Assembly: GCF_009914755.1 (NCBI RefSeq)
Contig: NC_060928.1
Direction: 5' to 3' (one strand)
Source of the DNA: the human T2T-CHM13v2.0 reference genome, Homo sapiens
DNA: 64,000 nucleotides
Positions within the stretch are counted from its first letter, which is position 1, and every line of letters begins with the position of its first letter. This document shows positions 26,621 through 39,116 of this stretch, piece by piece. The translations under genes and the position numbers were made by a program. The notes under the pieces are model-generated. The model had not been told where the DNA came from. It saw only the letters and a list, made by a program, of their open reading frames with translations, and made no database searches.

Positions 26621-26680
26621 TTTAGTGAAGGATAAAATAAAGATCTATTCTTTAGTGAAGAAAAAAATAAAGATCTATTG
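26621..26680. repeat. 30-bp tandem duplication
   Basis: TTTAGTGAAG(G/A)A(T/A)AAAATAAAGATCTATT twice. Confidence 0.85.
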
Positions 26681-27305
26681 CCCTGTTTGAGTTGGTCCTT
26701 GTGTTAGTAATGAACTATCACACTTCGGTTGTTAGCAATGAACACTCTTCCATTGTGACACATGCTTTAAGGGTATACAAAGGCTTTATAAAACACAGAT
26801 AGTCTTGAACTTAACCTGCTCATAAAGTAGGACAGGAATGAAAGATAATTCCAACCAACTACTCTCCCAAATACACATTCTGAAAAAAATAAAAATGAAA
26901 ATGACAGGATGAACCTGATACCTGCCATCTGAACTGTGGTTACCATTTAGAACTTAACAACTGATCACCCCTCAAAAGACCCACAACCTCAGGCACCCTA
27001 CAATAATAGATGAAATGAGAAGTCAGATCAAACATAAGATTTGAGTGTCCAACTCTTGATTTTTACATATACTATTATTTAAAGCATCTCTACTCTTCAT
27101 AGAATGCATTAAGCTATGTGTTTTGTATACACCTTATTTTATGTAATTGTCACAGAACAATCCAGAAAAGGCAGTTAAAACAAATTGATGAAATTAAATC
27201 AAATCCTGTCTCATTTAAATGAGGTTCAGAAAGATTACATATACTATCCCTGGTTCTACAGGAATTAGGGGCAGAACAAAGATACAAATCTGATGCATAT
27301 TTATA

Positions 27306-27650
27306 TGCTATGGTTTAAAATTATGCCTCTAGAATTCTGTTGAAAATTAATCCACATTATGGTAGTATTAAGAGTTAGGGCCTTTTGAAAAGTGATTGAT
27401 TAATTAACGAGGGTGAAGCCCTCATAAATGGTATTAGCACCCTTATAAAATAATTTGAAGGGCTCTACCCTGCCATTTCTCCCATGTGAGGAAATAGCAG
27501 CAAGGTGCCATCTATAGAGCAGACGTCGAATCTGCTGGTGCCTTGATCTTGAACTTCCCAGCCTTTAGAACTATGAACAATAAATTTCTGTTCTTCATAA
27601 ATAACCCAGTCTAAGGTATTTCATTATAGCATCCAAAACAGGCTAAGAAA
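27306..27650 (+). mobile_element. MaLR solo LTR (MLT1A/MST-type)
   Basis: TGCTATGGTTT start; GCTGGTGCCTTGATCTTGAACTTCCCAGCC, AATAAATTTCTGTT, GGCTAAGA end. Confidence 0.82.
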
Positions 27651-30600
27651 CTAGAATAGTCTCCCTATGCACACATTTATTTTTGGGTGCATGCTCTTTG
27701 AATGTTTTCTAATATATTAAAGATTTTCTGCTACAATTTTCTATAAAAATATAATTACTTTATCCCCATTATTGTATTCAAAACTTGATTTTTATTAAAT
27801 TGTTTTTATGTCTTATTTGTGTTTTCATAATTCATAACGCAATATTATGTAAATGTTTAGGAGTACTGTCAAATTTAGAAAATATACGAACTTATAGCAT
27901 CTTTCACATTAGAAATATGATTTTGAATATTTCAAGTTTTTTATGCAGTGGCATATCTTAAATACTGTTTGAATTTTTGATACTTATTAACCAGTTTGTT
28001 GTCAGTGTTCTCATAGCAGTCTTTTATATAATTTCCATCAATGGTGACATTTTATGTAAAATCGGCAGAAATTTATATCTTTTTTCAATGTGTTTATATA
28101 ATTTATTTGTTTTTATAGTTGGATTATCAAATAATCCAAGGGCTTTTTTATTAAACCTTTTAAAATTTTCCATCTTTCACTTAATGAATTGTTACTTTTG
28201 GTCTAACCTAAGCTATATACCAGTTTGTTTGATTTCAGAAAATACATATTGATGCCATTGCTTATCTTTATCATTTTAATATTCCGTTTTAAACACCCAT
28301 TTTCTACTAATATTATAATACATAATTTTAAATTTGACCAAATGAGTTATGCTATATGAACAAATAATGAACAAATAACAATCTATAATTTCCCACTGTT
28401 TTATGGAGGTATTCGAAGATGTTTTTACTATGGCATATTTCCTATTCAAATTTTCTTTAGCTGAATACCAAAAATGCCACTTTCCACTAAATGATGTGTA
28501 ATAGAGAGAAAATTATTACTTTAAAAAAAGGGTCTTAACCAATTCTTGTCTAAATATCTTAATTTTGCAAATTTTATAAAAATATGTGACCATGAAAACA
28601 CACTAAGCTATGCCCTCTCCTAAGGCCTTGGAAAGAATTGTACAAGTGAGGAGCCTAAAATTTAGACCTTGTGAGTTTACATGGGGATGGTTTATCTTCC
28701 ATTGTCTGCCACATTTTTTGAATTTTTCTCTTTATATTGCATTTTTTGGTAAGAATCTTCTCTCTTTAATTATGCATCTTCTGAATCACAAATACTCTTC
28801 ACATCCCAATGTAGTGGATGCTGCTGGTATTATATTGCTGCTTCTTTCATTTCTTTCATGTCCCTGCAAGAGAGCCTAGTAGATGCAGCCAATAGATGGA
28901 ACAGTGGTACAGGATGCTATGCAGATCCTAGTTGTGACTTTCATATTACCCATTGTTGTTCTCCATCATCTTAATATTTTCTTTTCAACCTCTAGCACAA
29001 TTTCCTTGAATTGAAATGGAAGTTATTGAAAACTCTGCAACCAACCTTTGTTTACATCATTGATCTCTCTGCTCTCTCAACAGTTGTTTAAACTTTCAGA
29101 TTTAGAGGTGGAGTTACAGATGTACCTGTTCTCTTTGATTATCATCTTTCAATAATAATAAAAATTGCTGTATTTTTCATGATGGTCACCTTATTTTAAC
29201 AACGAAATTTTATAACTCATAGCACTTTTTCAGCATTTCTCTTGGTAAAAAAGCTATCAAAATAAACAATCAGTTTCTATAATATTAGTGTTTGTCATTA
29301 TAATTTGTTGGAGAAATAACATTTAACTGAAAAATATATTTTATTAAATCATGGAAGCAGATATATTATTTAATTACTTATCACAATGATAAATATGAAT
29401 AAAATGATGAAGACAATGATAAGGAGACAGTATAGCTCTGTGATTGAATCTTACAAAATTTCTAAATAATTTTTTATATATGACTGGGGTAATAATGCCA
29501 TTGATTATTGTGGAGATTAAGGAAAATAACACCTGTAAAATATTTAATACACAGTTTGGAATTTGAAACAAATTGTTATTTGATTCAATGCCTACATTTT
29601 TATATAAAACACAGTAAAATAATATTAAATCAACAACACAAAGACATGGGTGCTTGTTCTAGAAGAAAGAAATGAAATTGTATAAGATATCATAAGAACA
29701 AAATGTCTTGAAAGCAATTAATTTATACAATATTCACCATGTAAGATACTTTACTGAAATGTCTTTCTTCTTTCCCATTCTCAGCTTTTCTCCAGTGATG
29801 CTAACTGAAATCTGAAGAAAGGTAAGAAGATACAAACACTTTAATAGACCTAATTTCTACTGTTCATGGAGTTATGAGTGTATATTGATGAAAATTTTAA
29901 CATTTAGTTTGAACATGTATTTGGTTTGGGCACTTGTATTGTTTGAAAATTAATCCACAAATAATATTTATTGTGTTATACTTGTGAATAACATCTCTTG
30001 AACAAAGTTTCAAAATATACTTTTATTTTAAATACTTCTGAAATTTTCAGAATTATACTTTTGCACATTTTCTTATGATAAAGAACTTTATTGAAATATA
30101 TATGTATCATACATTATATATGTATTATATATTATAAATTGTACATTATATGTAATGTATATACGTGTGTATATATATGAGTTCTCATATGCCTGCATAC
30201 ATATTATCTTTATTATATCTACAGTGTTACTTAGAACAGTTTTATATATATAGTAGGTTGCACAGTGAAAATTTTTGAAAACATAAGGGAGTAACCTATT
30301 TGTATATTTCTCCATGACACTTATATAGACACCGCCTGAGCCACTATGTCTATTTCTGTGAAACTATGAATAAAGTGTAAAAAAAGTTAAGAGGTTTAGA
30401 CCCTTTTACAGTTTGTACATGATATCTCCCTATATCTCCAGCACTCCAAAGTTTATACTAAATCCAGTGATATATCTTTATAACTTTAAGGGAAACTACA
30501 CTCAACCAAATTTATGTGCTCTTCCTCTTATTATTATTTGATCAATAAAATGCATAGGAGAAATGGGAAAATATATTTGCTCAGTTTCCATTTTACATCA

Positions 30601-31478
30601 GGAGTTTAAGATATTTTTGCAACAGTGTAGGCAGATAATTTTTATTTAAAATTAAGAACTCTCCAAATTGTATTCAATTAATCAAACTTGACAGTTTGAC
30701 CAATTACACAAAAATTTTCTGATGTGATATTCAGTTAAAATACTTTGTTAACCTTTGATACATTTATTTTACTAATAAAACATACAACCTGGTGTTATCT
30801 TAAAAAGTACCTTTTTTACACTGAGATATATAATTTTACAAAAAAATTAATGTTGAATTCTAATTTTAAAATCATAGTAAAGAATCGATATAATTAATGC
30901 ATATTATTTTCAATCAAATATTCCTGAAATTTTGAAATTTACATCTAAGGAGATGGCACTTCTGTTGTTATTCCTACATATTTATATATCAAAATCAAAA
31001 TATATGGAATATCATGTTGCAAGATGTTTACAAATATCCTCAAGTTGCTACAAAGACATGGGTATCTTTAGCAACATGTTTAATGCTATTATATTTAAAA
31101 ATATACATTCCCTCTTGTTTCTCTATATTATCAACAATATTATTTGTTATAAAGCTTGAATTACTTAGTATTTGATGTTTATCTTCCTTTTATTACCAGG
31201 AATAAACTTTTTTTAATCTATTACTATTTTTGGCATTTCTTAGGTTTTGGATCTGTGTAATTGAGTGTATCTAATTTTCATTGCAGTGTACCGTTTTTAT
31301 TTAATAAAATGCTCTAGAGTACAGATGAAACATATTTTTAGTATTCTGGGGAGAAAAGCTTTGCAGATTTGATAGTTTAATATTTTTTCTTAACTGTATA
31401 CCAGTAGGGTGCACTTTTTTACAATATTATATTTGACAGGACAATCAAATTGTTTTATTCAACTAATACATACATATC

Positions 31479-31611
31479 ATATATATATTTGATACATATA
31501 TATTTTATCAAATATATATATATTTTGGAAATTTCTAGATACAAATATAATTTAATTATATATGTATATAAATAAAATGAAATTATATTTGTATCTAGAA
31601 ATTTCCAAAAT
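31479..31611. repeat. Two adjacent AT-rich perfect inverted repeats (16-bp and 32-bp arms)
   Basis: 31479-31494/31506-31521 and 31522-31553/31580-31611 are exact reverse complements. Confidence 0.92.
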
Positions 31612-33131
31612 TCAAAAGAGGCATTTACTTAATTCTTAAACCCTAGCACACATACATTTATTTGGGTAAGATAGCCCAATAGAAGCCTCCACTGATCATG
31701 CTTCTCACGGGAACACAAAATTGAACAACTGTCCATACACATAAAAAATCATCTTCATAAGAAGAAGAACAACAACAAATAGGTGAGTGATCATCGTACC
31801 TGATTTTAACTTTATACCACTGAAAGAGTCACTTAAGAGGACAGGAAAGACAGTCATAAATTTCTGACTCCACCCCCCTCCATTCTTCAACAGTGGCCAT
31901 GTGGCATACAGAGAAAGAATCCATGCATCTGGGGTACAGAGGGTGCAGTGATTGTGGGACTTTGCATTGGAACTCAGTGATGCCTTGTAACAGTGGAAAG
32001 TAACGTTGGTAAAAAATGCCCTGGCAACCAAAGAGGGAGCTTTTACACCAGACCTAGCCAGGAGGCAATTTGCCCATCCCAGCAGCTGTAACTTCAGTTC
32101 TAGCAAGCCTGGCCACCACAGGCCATAGTGCTCTGGTGTTCTAAATAAACTCGAAAGGCAGTCTAGACTACAAGGATTGCAATTGCTGGTGTTGTGCTGG
32201 ACGTGTAGCTAGTGTACTGAGTAGGAGGGACACACACATTACCCCGTGAAACACTGGCTGGGGTGGCCAAGGGAGTCGTTTTGCCACCCCTCTCAACCCA
32301 AGCAACACAGCTCACAGCTCCAGGAGAAGCTCCTTCTGCTTGAAGAGAGGAAAGGAAAAGGTATAAAGGACTTTGTCTTGCAACTTACATACCAGCCACA
32401 GTAGGGTAGGGCACCAGACAAAGTCCTGAGACCCCCATTACAGGCCCTCTCTCCAGGATGACATTTCTAAACATACCCTGGGCTGGAAGGAAACCCACTG
32501 CCTTGAAAGGAAGGGTCCAGACCTAGCAGAATTTATCACCTTCTGACTAAGAACTCTTGGGCCCTGAAAAATCAACAGTGGCATCCAGGCAGTACTTACT
32601 GTGGCCTTTGGGTGAGACTCAGAATTGTGCTGGCTTTAGGTGTGACCCAGAATGTTTGTAGCTGTGGTGGCTACTCAGAAGGACTCCTTCTTCCTGAGAA
32701 AAGGAGAGGAAACAGTAAAAGGAAATTTTTCTGGAAGCTTGGGTGCCAGCTTGGCCACAGTGGAGTAGAGCACTAAGCGTGTTCTTAGGGTCCCCAATCC
32801 CAGGCCTTGGCTTTTGGATGGCATTTCTGAACCTGTCCTAGGCCTGAGAGGAGACTACTTCCCTGAAGAGAGAGTCCCAGGAGTGACAATATTCATCTCA
32901 AACTGACTGAGGAGACCTTGGGCTCCTCAGTGAACATTAATGGTAGCCAGGCTGTATTTGCCATGACTCTGGGGCAGTGGTGGTCATGGGGAGAGATTCT
33001 TTTACTTGTAGAAAGAGGAGAGAAGAGTGGGAAGAACTGTGTCTTCCGGCTAGGATGTCAGCTCAGATTCAGTAGAATAGAGCATCAAGTAGATTTTTCA
33101 GGTTTTCAATTCCAGAGCCTGGGTCCTGAAC

Positions 33132-34191
33132 TATAGGGGAACCTGCCCTGATATTCACGTAGGTTCTTTTCTATTTTCCTTAAGCATCGACCAGCTTGAG
33201 AAATAAAGGGACAGAGTACAAAAGAGAGAAATTTTAAAGCTGGGCATCTGGGGGATAGTCAGTAGGTTCCGTGATGCCCCAAAAGCCACAAAAACCAGCA
33301 ATTTTTTATTAGGGAATTTCAAAAGGGGAGGGAGTGTGCAAATAGGTGTGGGTCACAGACATCAAGTACTTTACAATGTAATAGAATATCACAAGGCAAG
33401 TGGAGGCAGGGTGAGATCACAGGACCACAGGATGGAGGCAAAATTAAAATTGCTAATGATGTTTCGGGCACCATTGTCATTGATAACATCTTATCAGGAG
33501 ACAGCGTTTTCAGAGCAACCAGTCTGACCAAAATTATTAGGTGGGAATTTCCTCTTCCTAATAAGCCTGGGAGTGCTATGGGAGACGGGGGTCTATTTCA
33601 CCCCTGCAGCCTCGACCATAAGAGACAGCCACGCCCAGGAGGGCTGTTCATAGGCCTACCCACAGGCATGCGTTCTCTTTCTCAGGGATGTTCCTTGCTG
33701 AGAAAAAGAATTCAGTGATATTTCTCCCATTTGCTTTTGAAAGAAGAGAAATATGGCTCTGTTCCGCCCGGCTCACCGGCGGTCAGAGTTTAAGGTTATC
33801 TCACTTTTTTCCTAAACATTGCTGTTATCCTGTTCTTTTTTCAAGGTGCCCAGATTTCATATTGCTCAAACACACATGCTGTACAATTTGTGCAGTTAAT
33901 GCAATTATCACAGGGTCCTGAGGTGATGTACATCCTCCTCAGCTGACAGGATTAAGAGATTAAAGTAAAGACAGGCTTAGGAAATCACAAGGATATTGAT
34001 TAGGGAAGTGATAAGTGTTCATGAAATCTTTACAATTTATGTTTTAGAGATTGCAGTAAAGACAGGCATAAGAAATTATAAAAGTATTAATTTGGGGAAC
34101 TAATAAATGTCCATAAAATCTTCACAATCCACTTTCTTCTGCCATGGCTTCAGCCGGTCCCTCCTTTTGGGGTCCCTGACTTCCCGCAACA
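33132..34191 (-). mobile_element. MER11 (HERV-K11/HML-8) solo LTR, MER11B/C-like
   Basis: Minus strand starts TGTTGCGGGAAGTCAGGGACCCC; 1060 bp; perfect 6-bp TSD CTGAAC (33126-33131, 34192-34197). Confidence 0.92.
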
Positions 34192-34955
34192 CTGAACAAC
34201 ATTGCCGGACTTGCCCAAGACTAGGGGAAACTTGCTGCCCTGAAAGGAAGGGGACAGCTTGGCTGGGTTTGCCACATGATGGTTACAGAGCCCGTGGGCC
34301 TTCACCAATCATAGGCCAGGCAATGCTTAATACTGGCTTTGGATGAGACCCAGTGCGATTCTGGCTTCAGGTCTGACACAGTATAATCCCAGTGGTGGTG
34401 TCCACAGGGTTGCTTGTGTCAACCCTACCCCAGCTCCAGGCAGCTCAGCACAGAGAGAGACACTGTTTAGGTGAAAGGAAAAGAAGAAAACAAGATTATC
34501 TAACTGGTAACCAGGTAATTCTTCCAGATGTAATCAAAGACCACTAAGATTGTGCATCTTAAAATCTGCAAGATCCACAGTGCTGCTGAGCTTGGGGTGA
34601 CCCCTAATGCAGATATGACTGCAGTGATACAATACCCAAGTTCCTTAAAATATCTGTAAATGTTTCCCAAGAGGAACAGGTACAAACAAGCCCAGCCTGC
34701 AAAGACTATAATAAATACCTAACTCTTCTATACCCAAGCAGAAATTCTGAAGTTGAAAATGACATCCTGAAGAATCCATGAAAGACACTTAACAGCAGAA
34801 TTGATCAAATAGAAGAAAAAACTGGTGAGCTTGAATACAGACATGCTATTTAAAAATACACAGAGGAGACAAAAAATATAAGAATGAAGTATTATAAGAT
34901 GTAGAAAATAGCCTTAAAAGGACAAATCTAGTATTGGCCTTAAAGAGGAGGTAGA

Positions 34956-35604
34956 ATAGTGCTGCAATAAACATACATGTGCATGTGTCTTTATAGCAGC
35001 ATGTTTTATAATCCTTTGGGTATATACCCAGTAATGGGATGGCTGGGTCAAATGGTATGTCTAGTTCTAGATCCCTGAGGAATCGCCACACTGACTTCCA
35101 CAATGGTTGAACTAGTTTACAGTCCCACCAACAGTGTAAAAGTGCTCGGCACTATTCACAATAGCAAAGACTTGGAACCAACCCAAATGTCCAACGATGA
35201 TAGATTGGATTAAGAAAATGTGGCACATTTACACCATGGAATACTATGCAGCCATAAAAAATGATGAGTTCATGTCCTTTGTAGGGACATGGATGAAGCT
35301 GGAAACCATCATTCTCGGCAAACTATCACAAGGACAAAAAACCAAACACCGCATGTTCTCACTCATAGGTGGGAGTTGAACAATGAGAACACATGGACAC
35401 AGGAAGGGGAACCTCACACACCAGGACCTGTTGTGGGGTGGGGGAAGTGGGGAGGGATAGCATTAGGAGATATACCTAATGTTAAATGAAGAGTTAATGG
35501 GTGCAGCACACCAACGTGGCACATGTATACATATGTAACAAACCTGCACGTTGTGCACATTACCCTAAAACTTAAAGTATAATAAAAAACATAAATAAAT
35601 AAAT
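34956..35604 (+). mobile_element. 5'-truncated, 5'-inverted L1PA4-like element (inverted part 34956-35147)
   Basis: L1PA3/4 3' UTR (TTAGGAGATATACCTAATGTTAAATG); ORF2 C-terminal remnants on opposite strands; TSD AAAGAGGAGGTAGA 34942-34955 / 35605-35618. Confidence 0.92.
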
Positions 35605-37538
35605 AAAGAGGAGGTAGAGAGAGAAAAGTAAAAGGTTTTTTCAAAGAAAAAATGAGAATGTCCCAAACCTAAAGAAAGGCATCAATATTCAGCTACAAGA
35701 TGGTTCTAGCACACCAAGCAGATTTAACTCAAATAAGATGACTACAAGACATTTAATAATGAACGTTCCAAGGGTCAAGGATAAAGAAATAATCTAAAAG
35801 CAGCAAGGGAAAAGAAACCAATAATATACAATGGAGCTTCAATATGTCTGGCAGCAGACTTTGTGGAAACCTTACAAGCCAGGAGGAGTGAGTGGCTTGA
35901 CATGATTGAAGTTCTGAAGAAAAATATTTTATCCTTGAATAGTATATCCAGTAAAAATATCCTGCAGTTTTGAAGGAGAAATAAAGATATTCCCAGGTTA
36001 ACAAAAGCTGAGAAATTTCATCAACACCAGACCTGTCCCACATGAAATGCTTAAAAAAGCTCTTCAATCTGAAAGAAAATGATGTTAATGAGCAATAAAA
36101 AAATCATCTGAAGGTTCAAAACTCACTGGTAATAGTAAGGACACAGAAAAACACAAAATATTATAACACTGTAATCGTGGTATATAAAATAGTCATATCA
36201 TGAGTAGAAAGATTAAAGGCGGCTGATCAAAAATAATAACCACAACAATTTTTCAAGACATGGACAATACAATAGGATATAAATAGAAGCAACAAAAAGT
36301 TAAAAAGTGGGAGATGAAGTTAAAATATAGTTTGTATTAAGTTTCTTTGTTTTTTTTTTTATTTTGCTTATGCAAATAGTGATAGTTGTCAAGAGTTTAA
36401 AATAATGGGTTATTAGGGGTTTTTTACAGCCTCATGGTAACCACTCCCCCCCCCAAAAAAAACCACAGATACAACAAAAAATTAAAACATATTGCCAAAA
36501 GAAACTACCTTCAGTTAAATGAAGATGAGAAGGAAGGAAAAAAGGAAAAAACCACAGAAAAAAACAGAAAACAAATAACAACATTGCAAGAGTGAGTCCT
36601 TACTTATCCATAGTAACATTGAGTATAAATGAACTAAATTCTCAAATTAGAAGACATAGAGTAGCTGAATGGATACATACTCAAGACCAAATAATTTGTT
36701 GCTTAAAATAAATGCACTTCACCTAGAATGACACATATAGACTGAAAATAAAATGATGTAAAATATACTTCATGGAAATGGAAACCAAAAAATAGAGCAG
36801 CTGTGCCTACCTCAGACAAAATAGATTTCAAGCAAAAAACTGTAAAAAGAGACAAAGGAGGTTATTATATAATGACAACAGGTCAATTAAGTAAAATAAT
36901 GGAACCATTATCAATATCTATGCAGTCAACACTGGGGCATCAAGATATATTAAGCAAATACTATGAGAGATAAAGAGAGAAATAAACTACAATACAATAA
37001 AGCCTGGAGACTTCAACACTCCATTTTCAGCACTGGACAGATATTCTGGCCAAGTAAATCAATAAAAAAACTTGGAATTAATCTGCAGTATAGACCAAAT
37101 AGGCATAATAGATATTTACACATCATTTTATCCAACAGCTACAGAATACACATTATTCCTTTCAGCACATGCAACATTCTCAAGCACTGACCATATGTGA
37201 GGCCACAAAACAAATCTTACATAATTCAAAAAAGTTGAAAACATATCAAGTATCTTCTCTGACTACAATGGAATAAAACTAGAAATCAATACCAAGGAAC
37301 ATTTTGAAAACTATAAAAACATTGAAAATTAAACAATATACACCTGAATAACAGTGGGTCAATGAAGAAATTAGGAAGGAAATTTAAAAATTTCTTGAAA
37401 CAAATGAAAACACAATATATCAAATCCTATGAGATGCAGTAAAAGCTGTACTAAGAGGAGAGTTTACAGCTATGTATCACTTATGAAAGTAGAAACACTT
37501 CACATAAACAGCCTAGTGATGTGTTTTAAAGAACTAGA

Positions 37539-37832
37539 GGCCAGATGCGGTGGCTCACGCCTGTAATCCCAGCACTTTGGGAGGCTGAGGTGGGTGGATC
37601 AAGAGGTCAGGTGTTCAAGACCAGCCTGGCCAAGATGGTGAAACCCCGTCTCTACCAAAAATACACAAATTATCCAGGCCTGGTGGTGGGTGCCTGTAAT
37701 CCCAGCTACTCGCGAGGCTGAAGCAGAGAACTGTTTGAATCCAAGAGGCAGAGATTTCAGTGAGCTGAGATTGTGCCACTGCACTCCAGCCTGGGTGGCA
37801 AAGCGAGACTCCATCTCAAAAAAAAAAAAAAA
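37539..37832 (+). mobile_element. Alu, full length (AluSg-group)
   Basis: GGATCAAGAGGTCAGG, GCCAAGATGG; TSD AAAGAACTAGA. Confidence 0.93.
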
Positions 37833-37846
37833 AAAGAACTAGAAAG

Positions 37847-37900
37847 GGCCTGACATCGTGGCTGACACCTCTAATCTCAGAACTTTGGGAGGAAGAGGCA
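37847..37900 (+). mobile_element. Alu 5' fragment (~54 bp)
   Basis: GGCCTGACATCGTGGCTGACACCTCTAATCTCAGAACTTTGGGAGG. Confidence 0.75.
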
Positions 37901-39116
37901 ACAATCACCCATCTGAGACTTCAACAGGTCATAATCTGTTTGCTGTTGGAGGGTCTTGCCTCAAATATTAGTAGCTGGTGACTTATCAGGATCATGGTTG
38001 CTGAAGTTTGTGGTGGCTGTGGAAGTTGCTAAGTTGCTTACAATGAGGCAGAAGTGACGCTTGCCATATCAATTGACCCTTTTTTTAAATAAAATTTCTC
38101 TGTAGCATGTGATACAATTTCATAGCATTTTACCCTCAGTATTTACCCTAAAAATTGGAATCAATCCTCTCAAGCCTTGCTGCTGCTTTCTCAAGTAAGT
38201 TTATATAATATTCTAAATCCTTGGTTGTCATTTCAACAAGGCTCACAACATCTTCACTGGGAGTAGATTTCATCTCAAGAAACCACTTTCATTGCTTGTC
38301 CATAAGAAGCAACTCCTCATACATTAAACTTTTATGAGATTGCAATAATTCTGTTACATCTTAAGGTTTCACTTGTAACTCTAGTTTCTTTGCTATTTCC
38401 ATCATATCTGAAGTTACTTCCTCCTCTGAAGTCTGGAATTCTTCAAAATCATTCAAGAGTGCTGAAATCAACTCGTTGCAAACTCTTGTTGATATTGATA
38501 TTTTGAATTCCCATGAATCACCAACATTCTTAGTGGCATCTAGAATGCTTCTTTTCATAACATTGTAAATTTACTTTGCCAAAATCTATCATAGAAATCA
38601 CTCTCCATGGCAGCTAATGCCTTATGTGGCATATTGCCTAAATAATAAGACTTGAAAGTCTAAATGATTTCCTATTCCATAAGCTGCAAATTGGATGTTG
38701 TGTTAACAGGTATGAAAACAAAATTAATCTCCTTGAACATCTCTGTCAGAGCTATTGGGTGACCAGACACATTGTCAACGAGCAGTAATATTTTGAAAGG
38801 AATCTTTTCTGAGTAGATCTCAACAATGGGCTTAAACTACTCAGTAAACTATTCTGTATGTGATGTGATGCCATGTCATGTCAATGAGACTTTGTTGTTC
38901 CATGTATGGCGCACAGGCAGAGTACATTCAGAATAATTCTTCTTAAGGGACCTAGTATTTTCAAAATGGTAAATGAGCTTTTGCTTCAACTTAAAGTTGC
39001 AAATTGCATTAGCTCCTACCAAGAGAGTCAGTCTGTCCTTTGAAGCTTTGACCCCAAGAACTGACTTCTCCTCTCTAGTTATGATTATTATATTCTACAT
39101 TAAAAATTTGTTATTT

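Larger units (their letters stand above)
31668..37846 (+). mobile_element. Old LINE-1 (L1M1/L1MA-type): 5' UTR, ORF1 and 5' part of ORF2; 3'-truncated; host of nested insertions
   Basis: AAGATAGCCCAATAGAAGCCTCCACTGATC 5' end, long repetitive 5' UTR, ORF1 remnants 34740-36100, endonuclease remnants 36600-37530. Confidence 0.78.

Noticed and set aside
27660-31440. Hidden exons in the unique AT-rich interval
   Set aside because: Only short low-complexity ORFs and no convincing splice-bounded coding signal; small or non-coding exons cannot be excluded without transcript data
38361-38558. Domesticated Tigger transposase gene
   Set aside because: Short decayed fragment; the element is interrupted and deleted
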